From assembly GCA_963754315.1 (NCBI GenBank), contig CAVWFS010000016.1, forward strand, positions 128,001-192,000: 64,000 nt of DNA, given 5' to 3'. Every line of letters starts with the position of its first letter. Within the stretch, counting starts at the first letter, position 1. A program made the position numbers and the translations under genes. This stretch comes from an uncultured Candidatus Rokubacteria bacterium. GTDB taxonomy: Bacteria > Methylomirabilota > Methylomirabilia > Rokubacteriales > CSP1-6. Below, in pieces: positions 18,608 to 28,546 of this stretch. A model generated the notes under the pieces. The model worked only from the letters and a program-made list of their open reading frames with translations, was not told where the DNA came from and made no database searches.

Positions 18608-19588
18608 TCACTTCGTCTCGATCTTTCCCACCCGTCGCACCCCTTCGGCCAGACGCCGGGCGTCGGCGTCGAAGAACGTGCGGAACTCCTGACCCTGCTT
18701 GAAGGTGATCGGCGTCTCCAGCTTGGTCATGGCTGCCTTGAAGTCGGGATCGGCGACCACGGCGCGCATCGCTTCCCGCAGCTTGGCGAGCACCGGCTCC
18801 GGCGTCCCCTTCGGCGCGAAGAGCCCGGCCCAGATGTAGAACTCGGCCCCCGGGTAGCCTAGCTCCTTGAAGGTCGGCACCTCGGGCAGGGCGGAGATGC
18901 GTTGATCTCCCCAGCCCGCTAGAACCCTGAGCTTGCCCGCCTTGATTTGGGGGAGGACGACAGATGGTCCGGACGCCAGCGCATCGACGTGTCCACCAAG
19001 GAGCGCAGTGACGGCAGGACCGCCGCCGGGAAACGGTACGTGCCGGAGTTTGATTCCCGCAGCCTGTTGCAGCAGTTCCATCGCCATGTGCAAGGTGCCG
19101 TAGATGCCCGACGAGCTGTAACTGATCTGGTCCGGCCGTTTGCGGGCGTCCTCGATGAACTCCCCGGCCGTCTTCCACGGGCTCTCCGTGCGCACCACCA
19201 GGATGGTGGGATCGGCCGAGATCAAGGCGATGGGCTCGAACTGGTCCACCGTGAAGGCGGGCGGCCTCCCAAACAGCTTGTCGGCCTCGGGAATGATCGA
19301 GATCGAGGACAGCGCGAGCAGCAAGGTGTAGCCGTCTGGCTTGCTGGTGGCGACGTATTGCATGCCGACAGCCCCCGCCGCGCCGGTCTTGTTGACGACC
19401 CCCACCGGGGCCTTGAGTGTCTTCTCCAGGGCGGCCGCCACCGGTCGCGCCGTGAGGTCGGCCACGCCGCCGGGCGGGAAGGGCGCCACGATGGTGATGG
19501 CGCGGTTCGGGTACGCTTCCTGGGCGGCCACCACGCCGCCCGATATGCCGAGGAGCGCCACCAACACGAGGATGATCATTGTCGTCAT
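18608..19588 (-). CDS. Tripartite tricarboxylate transporter substrate-binding protein (Bug/TctC)
   Basis: YPNRAITIVAPFPPGGVAD, PDGYTLL, PEVPTFKELG. Confidence 0.93.
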   Translation of the reverse strand: MTTMIILVLVALLGISGGVVAAQEAYPNRAITIVAPFPPGGVADLTARPVAAALEKTLKAPVGVVNKTGAAGAVGMQYVATSKPDGYTLLLALSSISIIPEADKLFGRPPAFTVDQFEPIALISADPTILVVRTESPWKTAGEFIEDARKRPDQISYSSSGIYGTLHMAMELLQQAAGIKLRHVPFPGGGPAVTALLGGHVDALASGPSVVLPQIKAGKLRVLAGWGDQRISALPEVPTFKELGYPGAEFYIWAGLFAPKGTPEPVLAKLREAMRAVVADPDFKAAMTKLETPITFKQGQEFRTFFDADARRLAEGVRRVGKIETK

Positions 19589-19683
19589 GGTGTTCCTCCC
19601 GTTCGAATCGCCGACAGCCTAGCACGCGCCCTTCGCTCAGGTCGTGCGCGCGACGTGTAGAATCCTCGCCACAGGAGGGTGCC

Positions 19684-20549
19684 ATGACGACCGAAACGCG
19701 GGGGACCACCGCGAGCAAGACCATCGCCGATCTCATCGAAGACCGTTTCGGTCTGCCGACCGACGCCGGTCGAAGCCATCCAGCCAACGAAACCGTCGAG
19801 CTGATCCTTTCCCACCGCACCCAGCGCCGCTACAAGCCCGATCCGGTACCTGACGACGTTTTGCAGATCGTGCTGGGAGCGGCGCTCTCGGCACCGTCCA
19901 AGTCAGACCTGCAGCAGGTGGCCATCATCCTCGTCAAGGATCGCGCGAAGCAGGCCACCATCGGTGGCTGGATTCCCGACATGCCGTGGATCGCCACCGC
20001 TCCGCTCTTCGCGGTGTTCTGCGGTGATCATCGGCGCATGCGGCGGGTGGCCGAGATGCGTGGCCGGCCCTTTCCCAACGACACGCTCGACATGTTCATG
20101 AACGCGGCCGTCGACGCGGGCCTGGTGCTGCAGAACTTCATCACCGCGGCGGAGGCGCTCGGGCTCGGGCTGCTGCCCCATCAGCGTGGTCCGCAACCAC
20201 GTCGAAAAGCTCGCCGAGCTGCTGGAGCTACCGGCCGGCGTGTTTCCCTGTGGCCGGGCTCTGCGTCGGCTATCCCATCCAGCGCGGCTGGATCAGCATG
20301 CGGCTGCCGCCGGCGGTCACCGTCCACACCGATCGCTACGACGACCGCGAGCTGCCTGCCCATCTGGAGGCTTACGACCGGCGGCGCGAGGCGCGCCATG
20401 CGACCCCGCGGGAGAGCCAGCGCTACGTGGAGCGGTTCGGCCACACCGAGCCCTACGGGTGGTCGGAGGACAAGGCCCGCCAGTACTCCGTCCCCGAGCG
20501 CCACAACTTCGGCCCCTTCATCCGCGGCCACGGTTTCGGGCTCGCGTAG
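19684..20549 (+). CDS. NfsA/NfrA-type nitroreductase (two +1 frameshifts near 20168 and 20248)
   Basis: HRTQRRY, SAPSKSDLQ, AAVDAG; the reconstructed reading is LGCCPISVVRNH...VFPVAGLCVGYP...SMRLP. Confidence 0.85.
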
Positions 20550-20585
20550 CCACGCCGTTCGGCAGGCGAGCTCGAGAGAGGCCCG

Positions 20586-20610
20586 GTATGATATCGTTTA
20601 GATATCATAC
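20586..20610. promoter_or_regulatory. TA autoregulatory operator
   Basis: Perfect inverted repeat GTATGATATC-gttta-GATATCATAC directly upstream of an RHH antitoxin. Confidence 0.75.
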
Positions 20611-20628
20611 AGACGAGGGAGCGTTGCT

Positions 20629-20865
20629 ATGCCCGACATCCTCGTGCGCGGTCTCCGGCGGGAGACCGTCGAACGCCTGAAGCGGCGGGCCAAGACAAGC
20701 GGCCGCTCTTTGCAGCAAGAGGTCAAGACCGTCCTTGAGCGGTCTGTCAGCATGTTGACGGCGCCCGAGATGCGCCGTCTCACCCAGTCCTGGCATCGGC
20801 GCCTGGCGGGCCGCACATTTTCGGACAGCGCCGACCTTATCCGCGAGGACCGTGAGGCCCGATGA
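20629..20865 (+). CDS. FitA-like ribbon-helix-helix antitoxin
   Basis: DILVRGL...LKRRAKTSGRSLQQEVK...DSADLIREDR; ATGA overlap with the PIN gene. Confidence 0.88.
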   Translation: MPDILVRGLRRETVERLKRRAKTSGRSLQQEVKTVLERSVSMLTAPEMRRLTQSWHRRLAGRTFSDSADLIREDREAR

Positions 20866-21296
20866 CCCGAATGGTCGTGGACGCCAGCGTTGCCGTCAAA
20901 TGGTTTCTGCCGGAGCCCCTTGCGGCGGCGGCGATGGGTCTCCTCGATGCCAGATACACGCTGGCGGCCCCGGGTCTCCTCTTGATCGAGGTGGCCAATG
21001 CGCTGTGGAAGCGGTACCGTCGTCGCGAGCTCGACGCAGGCGAAGCCAGGCGGATTCTTGGTGACTTGACCCGGGCGCCCCTGGAGATTCATCCGAGCGA
21101 GCCTTTGACGGCGGCAGCGCTCGATATCGCCGTGCGGCACCACATCAGCGTTTATGACGGCCTCTACCTGGCCCTGGCGGCCGGGCACGGGTGCCAACTC
21201 GTCACCGCCGACCGGCGGCTCTATGAGATCTGTCGTGCCACTGAAATGGCGCCCTGGCTCGTTTGGGTGGGTGAGCTGCCCGGCCTGCATCGCTGA
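20862..21296 (+). CDS. vapC: VapC-family PIN toxin
   Basis: VVDASVAVKW, EVANALWK, YDGLYLALA, VTADRRL. Confidence 0.92.
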   Translation: MTRMVVDASVAVKWFLPEPLAAAAMGLLDARYTLAAPGLLLIEVANALWKRYRRRELDAGEARRILGDLTRAPLEIHPSEPLTAAALDIAVRHHISVYDGLYLALAAGHGCQLVTADRRLYEICRATEMAPWLVWVGELPGLHR

Positions 21297-21298
21297 AC

Positions 21299-21967
21299 GT
21301 GCCTATCCGAGCCATCACGCTCGTCTTCCTTCTTGCCGCCGGCTGCACATCGATCCACCTCACCGAGACATCGCGGAAAAGCGCGGCCTCGGGGTCTCTC
21401 TTCATCCGGATCCTGGTGGCGGTGACGGCGGAGGACGCGAACATGGGCCGCGCCCTGGAGAGCGAGGTCGTCGCTCGACTAGCGGACACCGGTACTCGAG
21501 GGTTCGCGGCTCACCAGTCCTTGCCGACGGGCTTGGCTGCCGATCGCGCTGCTCTCACTGCCCTTGCGGATCGCCTCGGGGCGGATGCGATCCTCGATGT
21601 CAGACTCACCCTCGACACACGCACCGAGCCGCCCTCAGTGGAGGTGACGGTCGTCCCGGCCGTCACTTTCTGGGGCAGTCCGCGCGCGGCGGGCCGCGCG
21701 CCCTACGCCTCCTACACTCGGACGGGTGGCCGACCGGTCGAGGAGGCGCGCCTGGAGGCGGACCTCCGGACTGTCAACGACCCGACACCCATCTGGTCCG
21801 CCTCCACCGGGGCTTTCTCGCAGACTGATCTGCCGCGGGCTACCCGCGACTTTGCTGACCTCGTGGTGCGTGAGCTGCGGCACCAGCGCTTGATCGCGGC
21901 TTACCCGCGCTCACAGTCACGGCCGTCCTCTTTGATGGCGATGCCCCCTTGGAGAGCCTCCATGTAG
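21299..21967 (+). CDS. Hypothetical lipoprotein
   Basis: Lipobox LAAGC after a hydrophobic stretch; starts 2 nt after vapC. Confidence 0.6.
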   Translation: MPIRAITLVFLLAAGCTSIHLTETSRKSAASGSLFIRILVAVTAEDANMGRALESEVVARLADTGTRGFAAHQSLPTGLAADRAALTALADRLGADAILDVRLTLDTRTEPPSVEVTVVPAVTFWGSPRAAGRAPYASYTRTGGRPVEEARLEADLRTVNDPTPIWSASTGAFSQTDLPRATRDFADLVVRELRHQRLIAAYPRSQSRPSSLMAMPPWRASM

Positions 21968-22079
21968 GAGGCCACGGAGCGCGGATGGAATCCTGGGCGG
22001 GGCGAGGCGGCCGAAGGCGTACTACCATAGCGGTAAGCAATAGCGCGGCGTCGTGGACGAGTCGCGCCAGGAGGGACAC

Positions 22080-22553
22080 ATGAGCAGCTCCAAGGTGAAG
22101 GCGATTCCCGACGGTTATCACAGTGCGACTGCGTATCTGATCGTTGACGGAGCGGCCAAGGCGCTGGACTTCTACAAGCGGGTCTTTGGCGCCTCCGAGA
22201 AGATGCGGATGCCGAGCCCGGGAGGTAAGGTAGGTCACGCCGAGATCGTCATCGGCGACTCGATGATCATGCTGGCCGACGAGCACCCCGAGATGGGTGC
22301 GCGCGGCCCGCGGGCCTTCGGGGGCTCCCCGGTGAGCATGATGGTCTACGTCGAGGACGTGGACGCAACCGTCAAGACCGCGCTGGCCGCGGGTGCCAAG
22401 CTGATCCGGCCCGTGGAGGACAAATTCTACGGCGACCGGTCGGGCACCATCGAGGACCCCTTCGGCCACCACTGGCACGTCTCGACCCACAAGGAGGACG
22501 TGCCCGCCGAGGAGATGGCGCGCCGGGCCGCCGCCATGAGCCAGTCAGGGTAG
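22080..22553 (+). CDS. VOC family protein (PhnB-like)
   Basis: IPDGYHSATAYL, HAEIVIGDS, FYGDRSGTIEDPFGHHW. Confidence 0.92.
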   Translation: MSSSKVKAIPDGYHSATAYLIVDGAAKALDFYKRVFGASEKMRMPSPGGKVGHAEIVIGDSMIMLADEHPEMGARGPRAFGGSPVSMMVYVEDVDATVKTALAAGAKLIRPVEDKFYGDRSGTIEDPFGHHWHVSTHKEDVPAEEMARRAAAMSQSG

Positions 22554-22802
22554 TTCGCGCGCCCTACGCGCCCGGCCGCGGAGTCCGAAGACCGAGAGTG
22601 TCGCAGGCGGCGGCGATCTCTGCCTTCTTGCCTCGTAAGTCTGGCGGCAAGGATGTGTCGGACAGGGTAGAGCAGTCGCCCGAGGCTGCCCGGAGAGCCT
22701 CCACCGCGGGCTGTACCATGCGCGCAGCTGCGGTCGCTGGTAGCTGATGAATAGGTGAGGAATCACGGCTCAACCCATAAATATGGTAATATGGAAATCC
22801 GT

Positions 22803-23048
22803 ATGAAGACGACCGTGGAGCTTCCCGACGACCTGCTGATCTCGGCCAAGAAGCGGGCGGCCGAGCTGCGATGCTCCTTGCGCACCCTCATCGAGCGCGG
22901 GTTGCGCCATGAGCTGTCGGACACGAAGCGCGATCGTCCGGGGGGAAAGCGGAGAATACGGTGGGTAACCGTGCCGGGGAAGCTGCCGCGAGGTCTCAAC
23001 GTGAGGGATCGCACGGCCATGCACGACTGGCTCCGGAGGTCCCGCTGA
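22803..23048 (+). CDS. VapB-type antitoxin
   Basis: MKTTVELPDDLL...AKKRAA...LIERGLR; CCATA-aa-TATGG palindrome upstream (22775-22786). Confidence 0.85.
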   Translation: MKTTVELPDDLLISAKKRAAELRCSLRTLIERGLRHELSDTKRDRPGGKRRIRWVTVPGKLPRGLNVRDRTAMHDWLRRSR

Positions 23049-23473
23049 TCGCCATCGACACCAACCTGCTGATTTACGCGCACCGGGCGGGTGTTCCCGA
23101 ACACGACCCGGCCCGGCGGGCGCTGGAGCGAGCGGCCAACGACGCTGCCGGGTGGGGGTTTAGCCTGGCCAGTATCGCGGAGTTCTGGAGCGTGGTCACG
23201 CACCCGGCGGCCGCGGGCCGGGCGTCCACCCCGCGGCAGGCCGTCGCCTTCGTGGAGGCGCTCGCGGAGGCCGGCGCGCAGCTGTGGCAACCTGGTCCTG
23301 GTTTCGCCAATCGTCTGCTTCACGCGGCGGAGGAGCGCAATATCCGAGGCCGCCGCGTGTTCGATCTCCACATCGCGCTGACGGCGGCCGAGGCGGGGGC
23401 ACGGGAGATCTGGACCCACGACGACAAGTTCGTATCGGTGCCTGGCTTGCGCGTGCGTGACCCGCTCGGCTGA
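23045..23473 (+). CDS. vapC: VapC-family PIN toxin (apparent CTG start)
   Basis: IAIDTNLLIYAHR, EFWSVVTHP, VFDLHIA, WTHD; CTGA overlap with the antitoxin stop. Confidence 0.88.
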   Translation: MIAIDTNLLIYAHRAGVPEHDPARRALERAANDAAGWGFSLASIAEFWSVVTHPAAAGRASTPRQAVAFVEALAEAGAQLWQPGPGFANRLLHAAEERNIRGRRVFDLHIALTAAEAGAREIWTHDDKFVSVPGLRVRDPLG

Positions 23474-23479
23474 CATCGC

Positions 23480-24079
23480 GTGTGGAGTCGGCGGGCCCTC
23501 CTTGTCGCGCTGCTGCTCGGTGTGATCGGGTTTGCCGCCGTGCCGCGTCTCCTGTCGCGGCTCGATCATCACCCGCCTCGGCCCACGACGAGCGTGGAGG
23601 TCCGGACGGCCGGCGACCTCTACGCGCACCACTTCAAGAACGCACGCCACGAGCGCATGTTCCTGGCCTCGATCGCCTTCTTCGTGACGTTCGTGGTGAT
23701 CCGAACGATCACGCACTTGATTCGCGCTGGCCGGGGACCGTTTCACGACGTGGTCACGAAGGAGGGACATGTCCACCATCTCGTCTGGGGGATTCTCCTG
23801 CTGCTCGGGGTCGGATACCTCTGGCTGCTCCAGATCGGCACCGGGGAGCCGACGGCACGCCCCTGGGCCTCCCCGCTCACCGCGCTCCTGTTCGGAGCGG
23901 CGTCGGCCCTCACCCTGGACGAGTTCGCGCTGTGGCTGACGTTTCGCGACGTCTACTGGGAGCGCGAAGGGCGGCTCAGCATTGACGCTGTTGTACTGTT
24001 CGGCTCCCTGCTCTCGATCGCCATGTGGGGCGGCACCTTTCTCAGGGATCTGGTCCGGCTGTGGGGCCGCCTGGTGTGA
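23480..24079 (+). CDS. Hypothetical integral membrane protein
   Basis: Several TM segments; HVHHLVWGI and LTLDEFALW motifs. Confidence 0.75.
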   Translation: MWSRRALLVALLLGVIGFAAVPRLLSRLDHHPPRPTTSVEVRTAGDLYAHHFKNARHERMFLASIAFFVTFVVIRTITHLIRAGRGPFHDVVTKEGHVHHLVWGILLLLGVGYLWLLQIGTGEPTARPWASPLTALLFGAASALTLDEFALWLTFRDVYWEREGRLSIDAVVLFGSLLSIAMWGGTFLRDLVRLWGRLV

Positions 24080-24097
24080 CGGCACGGTCGCTCATCG

Positions 24098-25312
24098 CTA
24101 GCGCTTCGGAGGTTTCCAGAACTGATCGACGTCCGGCACCACGTCGAACACGGTGTTCTGGTACTTGCCTCCGACCTTCTCGACGCGGCGCAAATAGGTG
24201 GGGATGACGGCGTTCTGCTTGTCGTCGAAGCGGAAGGGGCCGCCCGGCGCCTCGAAGCGCGTCCGGCGCAGGGCCTCCAGGAACCGGGGCTGATCCTCCA
24301 CATTGCCGCCAACCGCCTTCAGGGCCTCGCCGCTCGCCTTGGCGGCCAGGTACCCGAGATGGTTGTTGTAGACCGGATCCTTCTTGTACTTCCGATTGAA
24401 GGCCTGGACGAAGCGCTTGTTCTCGGGCGTGTCCACCGTGGGTGAGTAGGACATCCAGCTGACGACGCCGAGGGCTTGCTCGCCGACCGTGCGCAGGTAG
24501 CTCTCGCTCACCGTCTCGCCGAGGGCCAGCAGGGGCAGCTTCCCCTTGAGGCCGTATTCCTGCCACGCCTTGAGCCACTGGGGCGCGCTCGGGCCCCAGA
24601 GGATGGCCACCACTGCGTCCAGCTCGCCCACCTTGTTCTGAACCCGGGAGATGTAGGGGGCGACGTCCATGGCGCCGAGAGGCATCAAGACTTTCTCGGC
24701 GGACTGCCCGCCGCTCTCCATGAAGGCCTTGATGAAGCCGTCGGCCTGCTCGTGGCCGGCCACGTAGTCGAGGGCGGCCACAGCAATCCGCTTGTGGCCG
24801 AGCTTGGCCGCCACGTACCAGCCGCCGGCCGCCTCTTGCTGATAGCTACTCATCGCGCTCCGGAAGAGGGTCGGACTGGCCTTCTCGGCCGTCAGGCTGT
24901 TGGCCGTGGCCTGCGTGATGATGAGAGGCACCTTGCGCTCGTGCAGGTAGTCGCGGATGGCGACGGCCACCGCGCTCGACACGGGGCCCAGGATCAGCTG
25001 GACGCGGTCGGACTCGACGAGCTTCCTGACCTTGGTGAGCCCGACATCGGGCTTGCCCTCCGAGTCCTCCACGATCAGGCGCACCGCTCGGCCGGCCACC
25101 TGGTTGCTCATCTCGTCTTCCCAGTAGAGCTTGATCCCCTCGTTGATCTCCGATCCGTTGACGGCGAGGGGACCGGTGATGGCGTTGAGCACGCCGATCT
25201 TGATCGGATCCTTCTGGGCCTCCGCCCCGTGAACGATGCCCAGCACCAAGACGCAGGCAGCGACGACCCCGATGAGCGAATCCCAGAGCCTGAGCGTCGT
25301 CTGGTTCTTCAT
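24098..25312 (-). CDS. Liv/branched-chain-type ABC substrate-binding protein
   Basis: PIKIGVLNAITGPLA, ILGPVSS, PGGPFRFD. Confidence 0.92.
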   Translation of the reverse strand: MKNQTTLRLWDSLIGVVAACVLVLGIVHGAEAQKDPIKIGVLNAITGPLAVNGSEINEGIKLYWEDEMSNQVAGRAVRLIVEDSEGKPDVGLTKVRKLVESDRVQLILGPVSSAVAVAIRDYLHERKVPLIITQATANSLTAEKASPTLFRSAMSSYQQEAAGGWYVAAKLGHKRIAVAALDYVAGHEQADGFIKAFMESGGQSAEKVLMPLGAMDVAPYISRVQNKVGELDAVVAILWGPSAPQWLKAWQEYGLKGKLPLLALGETVSESYLRTVGEQALGVVSWMSYSPTVDTPENKRFVQAFNRKYKKDPVYNNHLGYLAAKASGEALKAVGGNVEDQPRFLEALRRTRFEAPGGPFRFDDKQNAVIPTYLRRVEKVGGKYQNTVFDVVPDVDQFWKPPKR

Positions 25313-25370
25313 GGTGCCCTCCGGGCGCCGGTCACACCGGCGCGGTGTAGTGAACGAGTCGGTAGGAGCG

Positions 25371-25811
25371 TCATGGCCACGACACCGGTAGCTCGTGAAG
25401 CAGTTTCACCCACGGTAGGTGCGCGGCGACCTTTCGGTGCAGCACGCGGTCGGCGGTGATCAGCTCAACACCGAGCAGGGTTGCGGCCGACAAGAAAGCG
25501 GCGTCGTAGACGGTGAGTCCATAGCGAATGGCGTACTGGAAGGCCCCGGGTAGGAGTGAATGCCCCGGGAGCCAGTCGATCTGATCAAAAGGGAATCGCA
25601 CGATGGCGTGGTTCGCCTCTGCCTCGGTCAGCACGGCGCGCCCGACTTGCTTCCAGAGGACATTGCCGAACTCGTAGACCAGTAGCTCTGGCGCCACGAG
25701 CCGGTGGCTTCCCCGTGCCGCGGCCTCGAACAGGGCATCCGCCCGATCCGAGTCCGGCTCCTCCAGAACGGCCTTGATGGCGACGGAGGTGTCGACAACG
25801 ACCGGGGTCAC
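25371..25811 (-). CDS. vapC: VapC-family PIN toxin
   Basis: VVDTSVAIK, EFGNVLWK, VYDAAFL, ITADR. Confidence 0.92.
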   Translation of the reverse strand: MTPVVVDTSVAIKAVLEEPDSDRADALFEAAARGSHRLVAPELLVYEFGNVLWKQVGRAVLTEAEANHAIVRFPFDQIDWLPGHSLLPGAFQYAIRYGLTVYDAAFLSAATLLGVELITADRVLHRKVAAHLPWVKLLHELPVSWP

Positions 25812-26065
25812 CGGTGGCGATCTTCGCGAATCAAGGCAACGCTGTCAGGAAACGTGCGGCCGGCCTTCGTCCAGCGAAGCCGCTGCCGTCTGGTCTCCTG
25901 GAGCCAGGCCGCCAGCTCTCGATTGGGCCCGGTTCGGGCAGCGAGCAGACCCAACCGAAGGACGCGGACGGCTTCTTGGCTGATGCTTCGGCCTTCGCCA
26001 GCGGCGCGCTTCTTCAACTGGTCGTACAGCGACTCGGGGATGTCACGCACATACAGCGTGGCCAT
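25808..26065 (-). CDS. FitA-like RHH antitoxin
   Basis: MATLYVRDIPE...LKKRAAGEGRSISQE...DSVALIREDR. Confidence 0.88.
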   Translation of the reverse strand: MATLYVRDIPESLYDQLKKRAAGEGRSISQEAVRVLRLGLLAARTGPNRELAAWLQETRRQRLRWTKAGRTFPDSVALIREDRHR

Positions 26066-26105
26066 CGGTCAGTCCTCCCCACGTAGCTTCTGAACAGAGC
26101 CATTT

Positions 26106-26122
26106 GCTTGCATGATGCAAGC
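26106..26122. promoter_or_regulatory. TA operator
   Basis: Perfect palindrome GCTTGCAT-g-ATGCAAGC upstream of the antitoxin. Confidence 0.7.
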
Positions 26123-26188
26123 GCTGCGGGAAAGAGTCAATCTCCAGGCCGGCGCGGCCGCGCCAGAAGTCCCCGCCCCCTCACGGCC

Positions 26189-26884
26189 TCAAATTCCCAG
26201 ATACCGTGACTTGAGGGCGTGATCGGCCCTGAGGGCGTCGGGTGTGCACGCGTGAACGGTCCTGCCCTTGCTCAGCAGATACACGTAGTCTGCAGTGCGC
26301 AGGGCGAACGCGAGGTTCTGCTCGACGAGCAGGATCGACACGCCCTCGCGCCTGAGGTCACCCAGCACGCGACCCAGCTCGCGAACCAGCAAGGGCGCCA
26401 ATCCCTCGGATGGCTCGTCCATCAGAAGGATGTCGGGATTGCCGACCAGGGCCCGTCCACAGGCGAGCATCCCCTGCTCGCCGCCGGAGAGGGTGGTGCC
26501 GCGCTGACGCAGACGCCCGGCGAGCGAGGGGAAGAGGTCCAGCACCCGCGGCATGTCCCACCCGTGAGCGCGGCCGCGATCAGCGCCCACCACAAGATGC
26601 TCGCGGACATCGAGCGACGGAAACAAGCGACGTCCCTGCGGGACGAGACGTACACCCCGCCGGGCGATAGCGTGGGTGGACAGCGTGGTGATGTCCTCGC
26701 CATTCAGGATCACGCGACCGGCGCGCGGCGGCGTGAGGCCGGTGATGCCCCGCAGCAGGGTCGTCTTCCCGACCCCGTTGCGTCCCAGGACGGCGACGAT
26801 CTGCCCGGGGTGGACCATCAGCGACGCCCCCTGCACGATCAACGAGCCGCCGTACGCGACCTGCAAGTCACGGACCTCAAGCAT
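26189..26884 (-). CDS. livF: Liv-type ABC ATP-binding protein
   Basis: GRNGVGKTT, LSGGEQ, DEPSEGLAP, VEQN. Confidence 0.9.
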   Translation of the reverse strand: MLEVRDLQVAYGGSLIVQGASLMVHPGQIVAVLGRNGVGKTTLLRGITGLTPPRAGRVILNGEDITTLSTHAIARRGVRLVPQGRRLFPSLDVREHLVVGADRGRAHGWDMPRVLDLFPSLAGRLRQRGTTLSGGEQGMLACGRALVGNPDILLMDEPSEGLAPLLVRELGRVLGDLRREGVSILLVEQNLAFALRTADYVYLLSKGRTVHACTPDALRADHALKSRYLGI

Positions 26885-27623
26885 CGTCGACACCCAGATA
26901 GATCTCGGCGACCCGTGAGTCTCGCTGGACCTCGTCGCGGGTGCCTTCCGCCAGAACGCGCCCCTGGTGCAACACGGTGACCCGGTCGGCCAGGGCAAGG
27001 GCGACGTCCATGTCGTGTTCGATGAGGAGCACGGTGACCTCGCGCGGGAAGCGCTGGATCATGGTGACCACGGCCGCCGTCTCCCCGGCCGAGAGCCCGG
27101 CGGTGGGCTCGTCGAGGAGGAGCGCCCGGGGCCGCCCCGCCAGCGCCAGCAGCAACTCGATCTGCCGTTGCTCGCCGTAGGAGAGCTCGCGCGTTGGGAC
27201 GTCATGCCGATCGGCGAGACCCCACTCGGTGAGCAGATGCTCCGCCTGGGGCCTGAGGTGGCGGTCAGCCTTGGTCGAAGGGAGGAACGAGAAACGGGTA
27301 GAGTTGGCCCCCTGCACGGCGAGGAGCACGCTCTCGAGCACGGTGAGACGCGGGAAGAGGGTGGTGATCTGGAAGGTGCGGCCGAGTCCGAGGCGGGCGC
27401 GGCGGTAGGGGGCGAGCGTGGTGATGTCGTGGTCGAAGAGGCGAATGGCGCCGGCCAGCGGCGCCAGAAGTCCCGTGATGAGATTGAAGAGCGTGGTCTT
27501 GCCGGCCCCGTTCGGGCCCAGGATTACGCGCCGCTCCCCGGCCTCGACCGCCAAGGTGATGCCGTCCAGCGCGCGCAGGCCGCCGAAGGCGTGGGTCAAG
27601 CGGTCCACGCTGAGCGCGGTCAC
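26877..27623 (-). CDS. livG: Liv-type ABC ATP-binding protein
   Basis: GPNGAGKTT, LSYGEQR, DEPTAG, IEHDM. Confidence 0.9.
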   Translation of the reverse strand: MTALSVDRLTHAFGGLRALDGITLAVEAGERRVILGPNGAGKTTLFNLITGLLAPLAGAIRLFDHDITTLAPYRRARLGLGRTFQITTLFPRLTVLESVLLAVQGANSTRFSFLPSTKADRHLRPQAEHLLTEWGLADRHDVPTRELSYGEQRQIELLLALAGRPRALLLDEPTAGLSAGETAAVVTMIQRFPREVTVLLIEHDMDVALALADRVTVLHQGRVLAEGTRDEVQRDSRVAEIYLGVDDA

Positions 27624-28546
27624 GATATGTGACTCTGCCGGCGGCGCCGGAACAACCCGAGGAGGCCGGCGGGCGCGAACAGGGTCACGCCCACGTAGAT
27701 GAGGCCCAGGACGAGGAGCCAGCGCTGGGTGTGCGCGCTGATGAGGTTCTCGAGAAAGACGATGGCCCCGCTGCCCAGCGCCGGTCCGAGCACGGTGCCC
27801 GCTCCGCCCAGGATGACCATGATGAGCCCGGTAGCCGAGACCACCACGCTCAGATAGACGGGGCTCACGAAGCCGTTGTAGTAGACAAACAGGTTACCGG
27901 CCACCCCCGCCAGGGCCCCCGCGATGACGAACGCCACGTACTTGTGGGCCCACGTGTTGTACCCGAGTACCTCCATCCGCCGCTCGCTCTCCCGGATGCC
28001 GACCAGCGCGCGTCCGAAGGGCGAACGCACGAGGTACCAGAGGAAGACCGTGGTGAGGGCGAAGACGAGGAGCACGAAGTAGTAGAAGCGCACGCCGTCG
28101 GCGAGACTCCAGGGCAGGCCGGCCGCCGGGCGCGGGACGCCGGCCAGGCCATCGTCGCCGCCGGTGAACGAGCGCCAGCCGAACGCGATGCCCCAGAGAA
28201 CCTGCGCGAGGGCCAGGGTAATCATCAGCAAGTACGCTCCGCGGGTTCTCAGCGCGAGCAGCCCGAAGAGGCCGGCGGTGAGGGTGGCGGTGAGAAGGCC
28301 AGCGCCGAAATCGAGCCAGAAGTTGTCGACCTTCCTGAGGGCAAGCAATCCGACGGTGTAGGCGGCGACTCCGAAATAGGCCGCGTGGCCGAGGGAAGGC
28401 AGCCCGGCGTAGCCCAGGATCAGGTTGAGGCTCATGGCGAAGATGGCGAGGATCAGCATCTTGGTGAGGAGCCCAAGCTGGTAGGAGGTCAACGCCAGTG
28501 GCCCCAGAGCCAGCGCGAGCGCGGCCAGCCCCAGCGCGGTGCTCAT
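27620..28546 (-). CDS. livM: Liv-type ABC permease
   Basis: GYAGLPSLGHAAYFG, TGGDDGL, SPFGRAL, MVILGG. Confidence 0.9.
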   Translation of the reverse strand: MSTALGLAALALALGPLALTSYQLGLLTKMLILAIFAMSLNLILGYAGLPSLGHAAYFGVAAYTVGLLALRKVDNFWLDFGAGLLTATLTAGLFGLLALRTRGAYLLMITLALAQVLWGIAFGWRSFTGGDDGLAGVPRPAAGLPWSLADGVRFYYFVLLVFALTTVFLWYLVRSPFGRALVGIRESERRMEVLGYNTWAHKYVAFVIAGALAGVAGNLFVYYNGFVSPVYLSVVVSATGLIMVILGGAGTVLGPALGSGAIVFLENLISAHTQRWLLVLGLIYVGVTLFAPAGLLGLFRRRRQSHIS

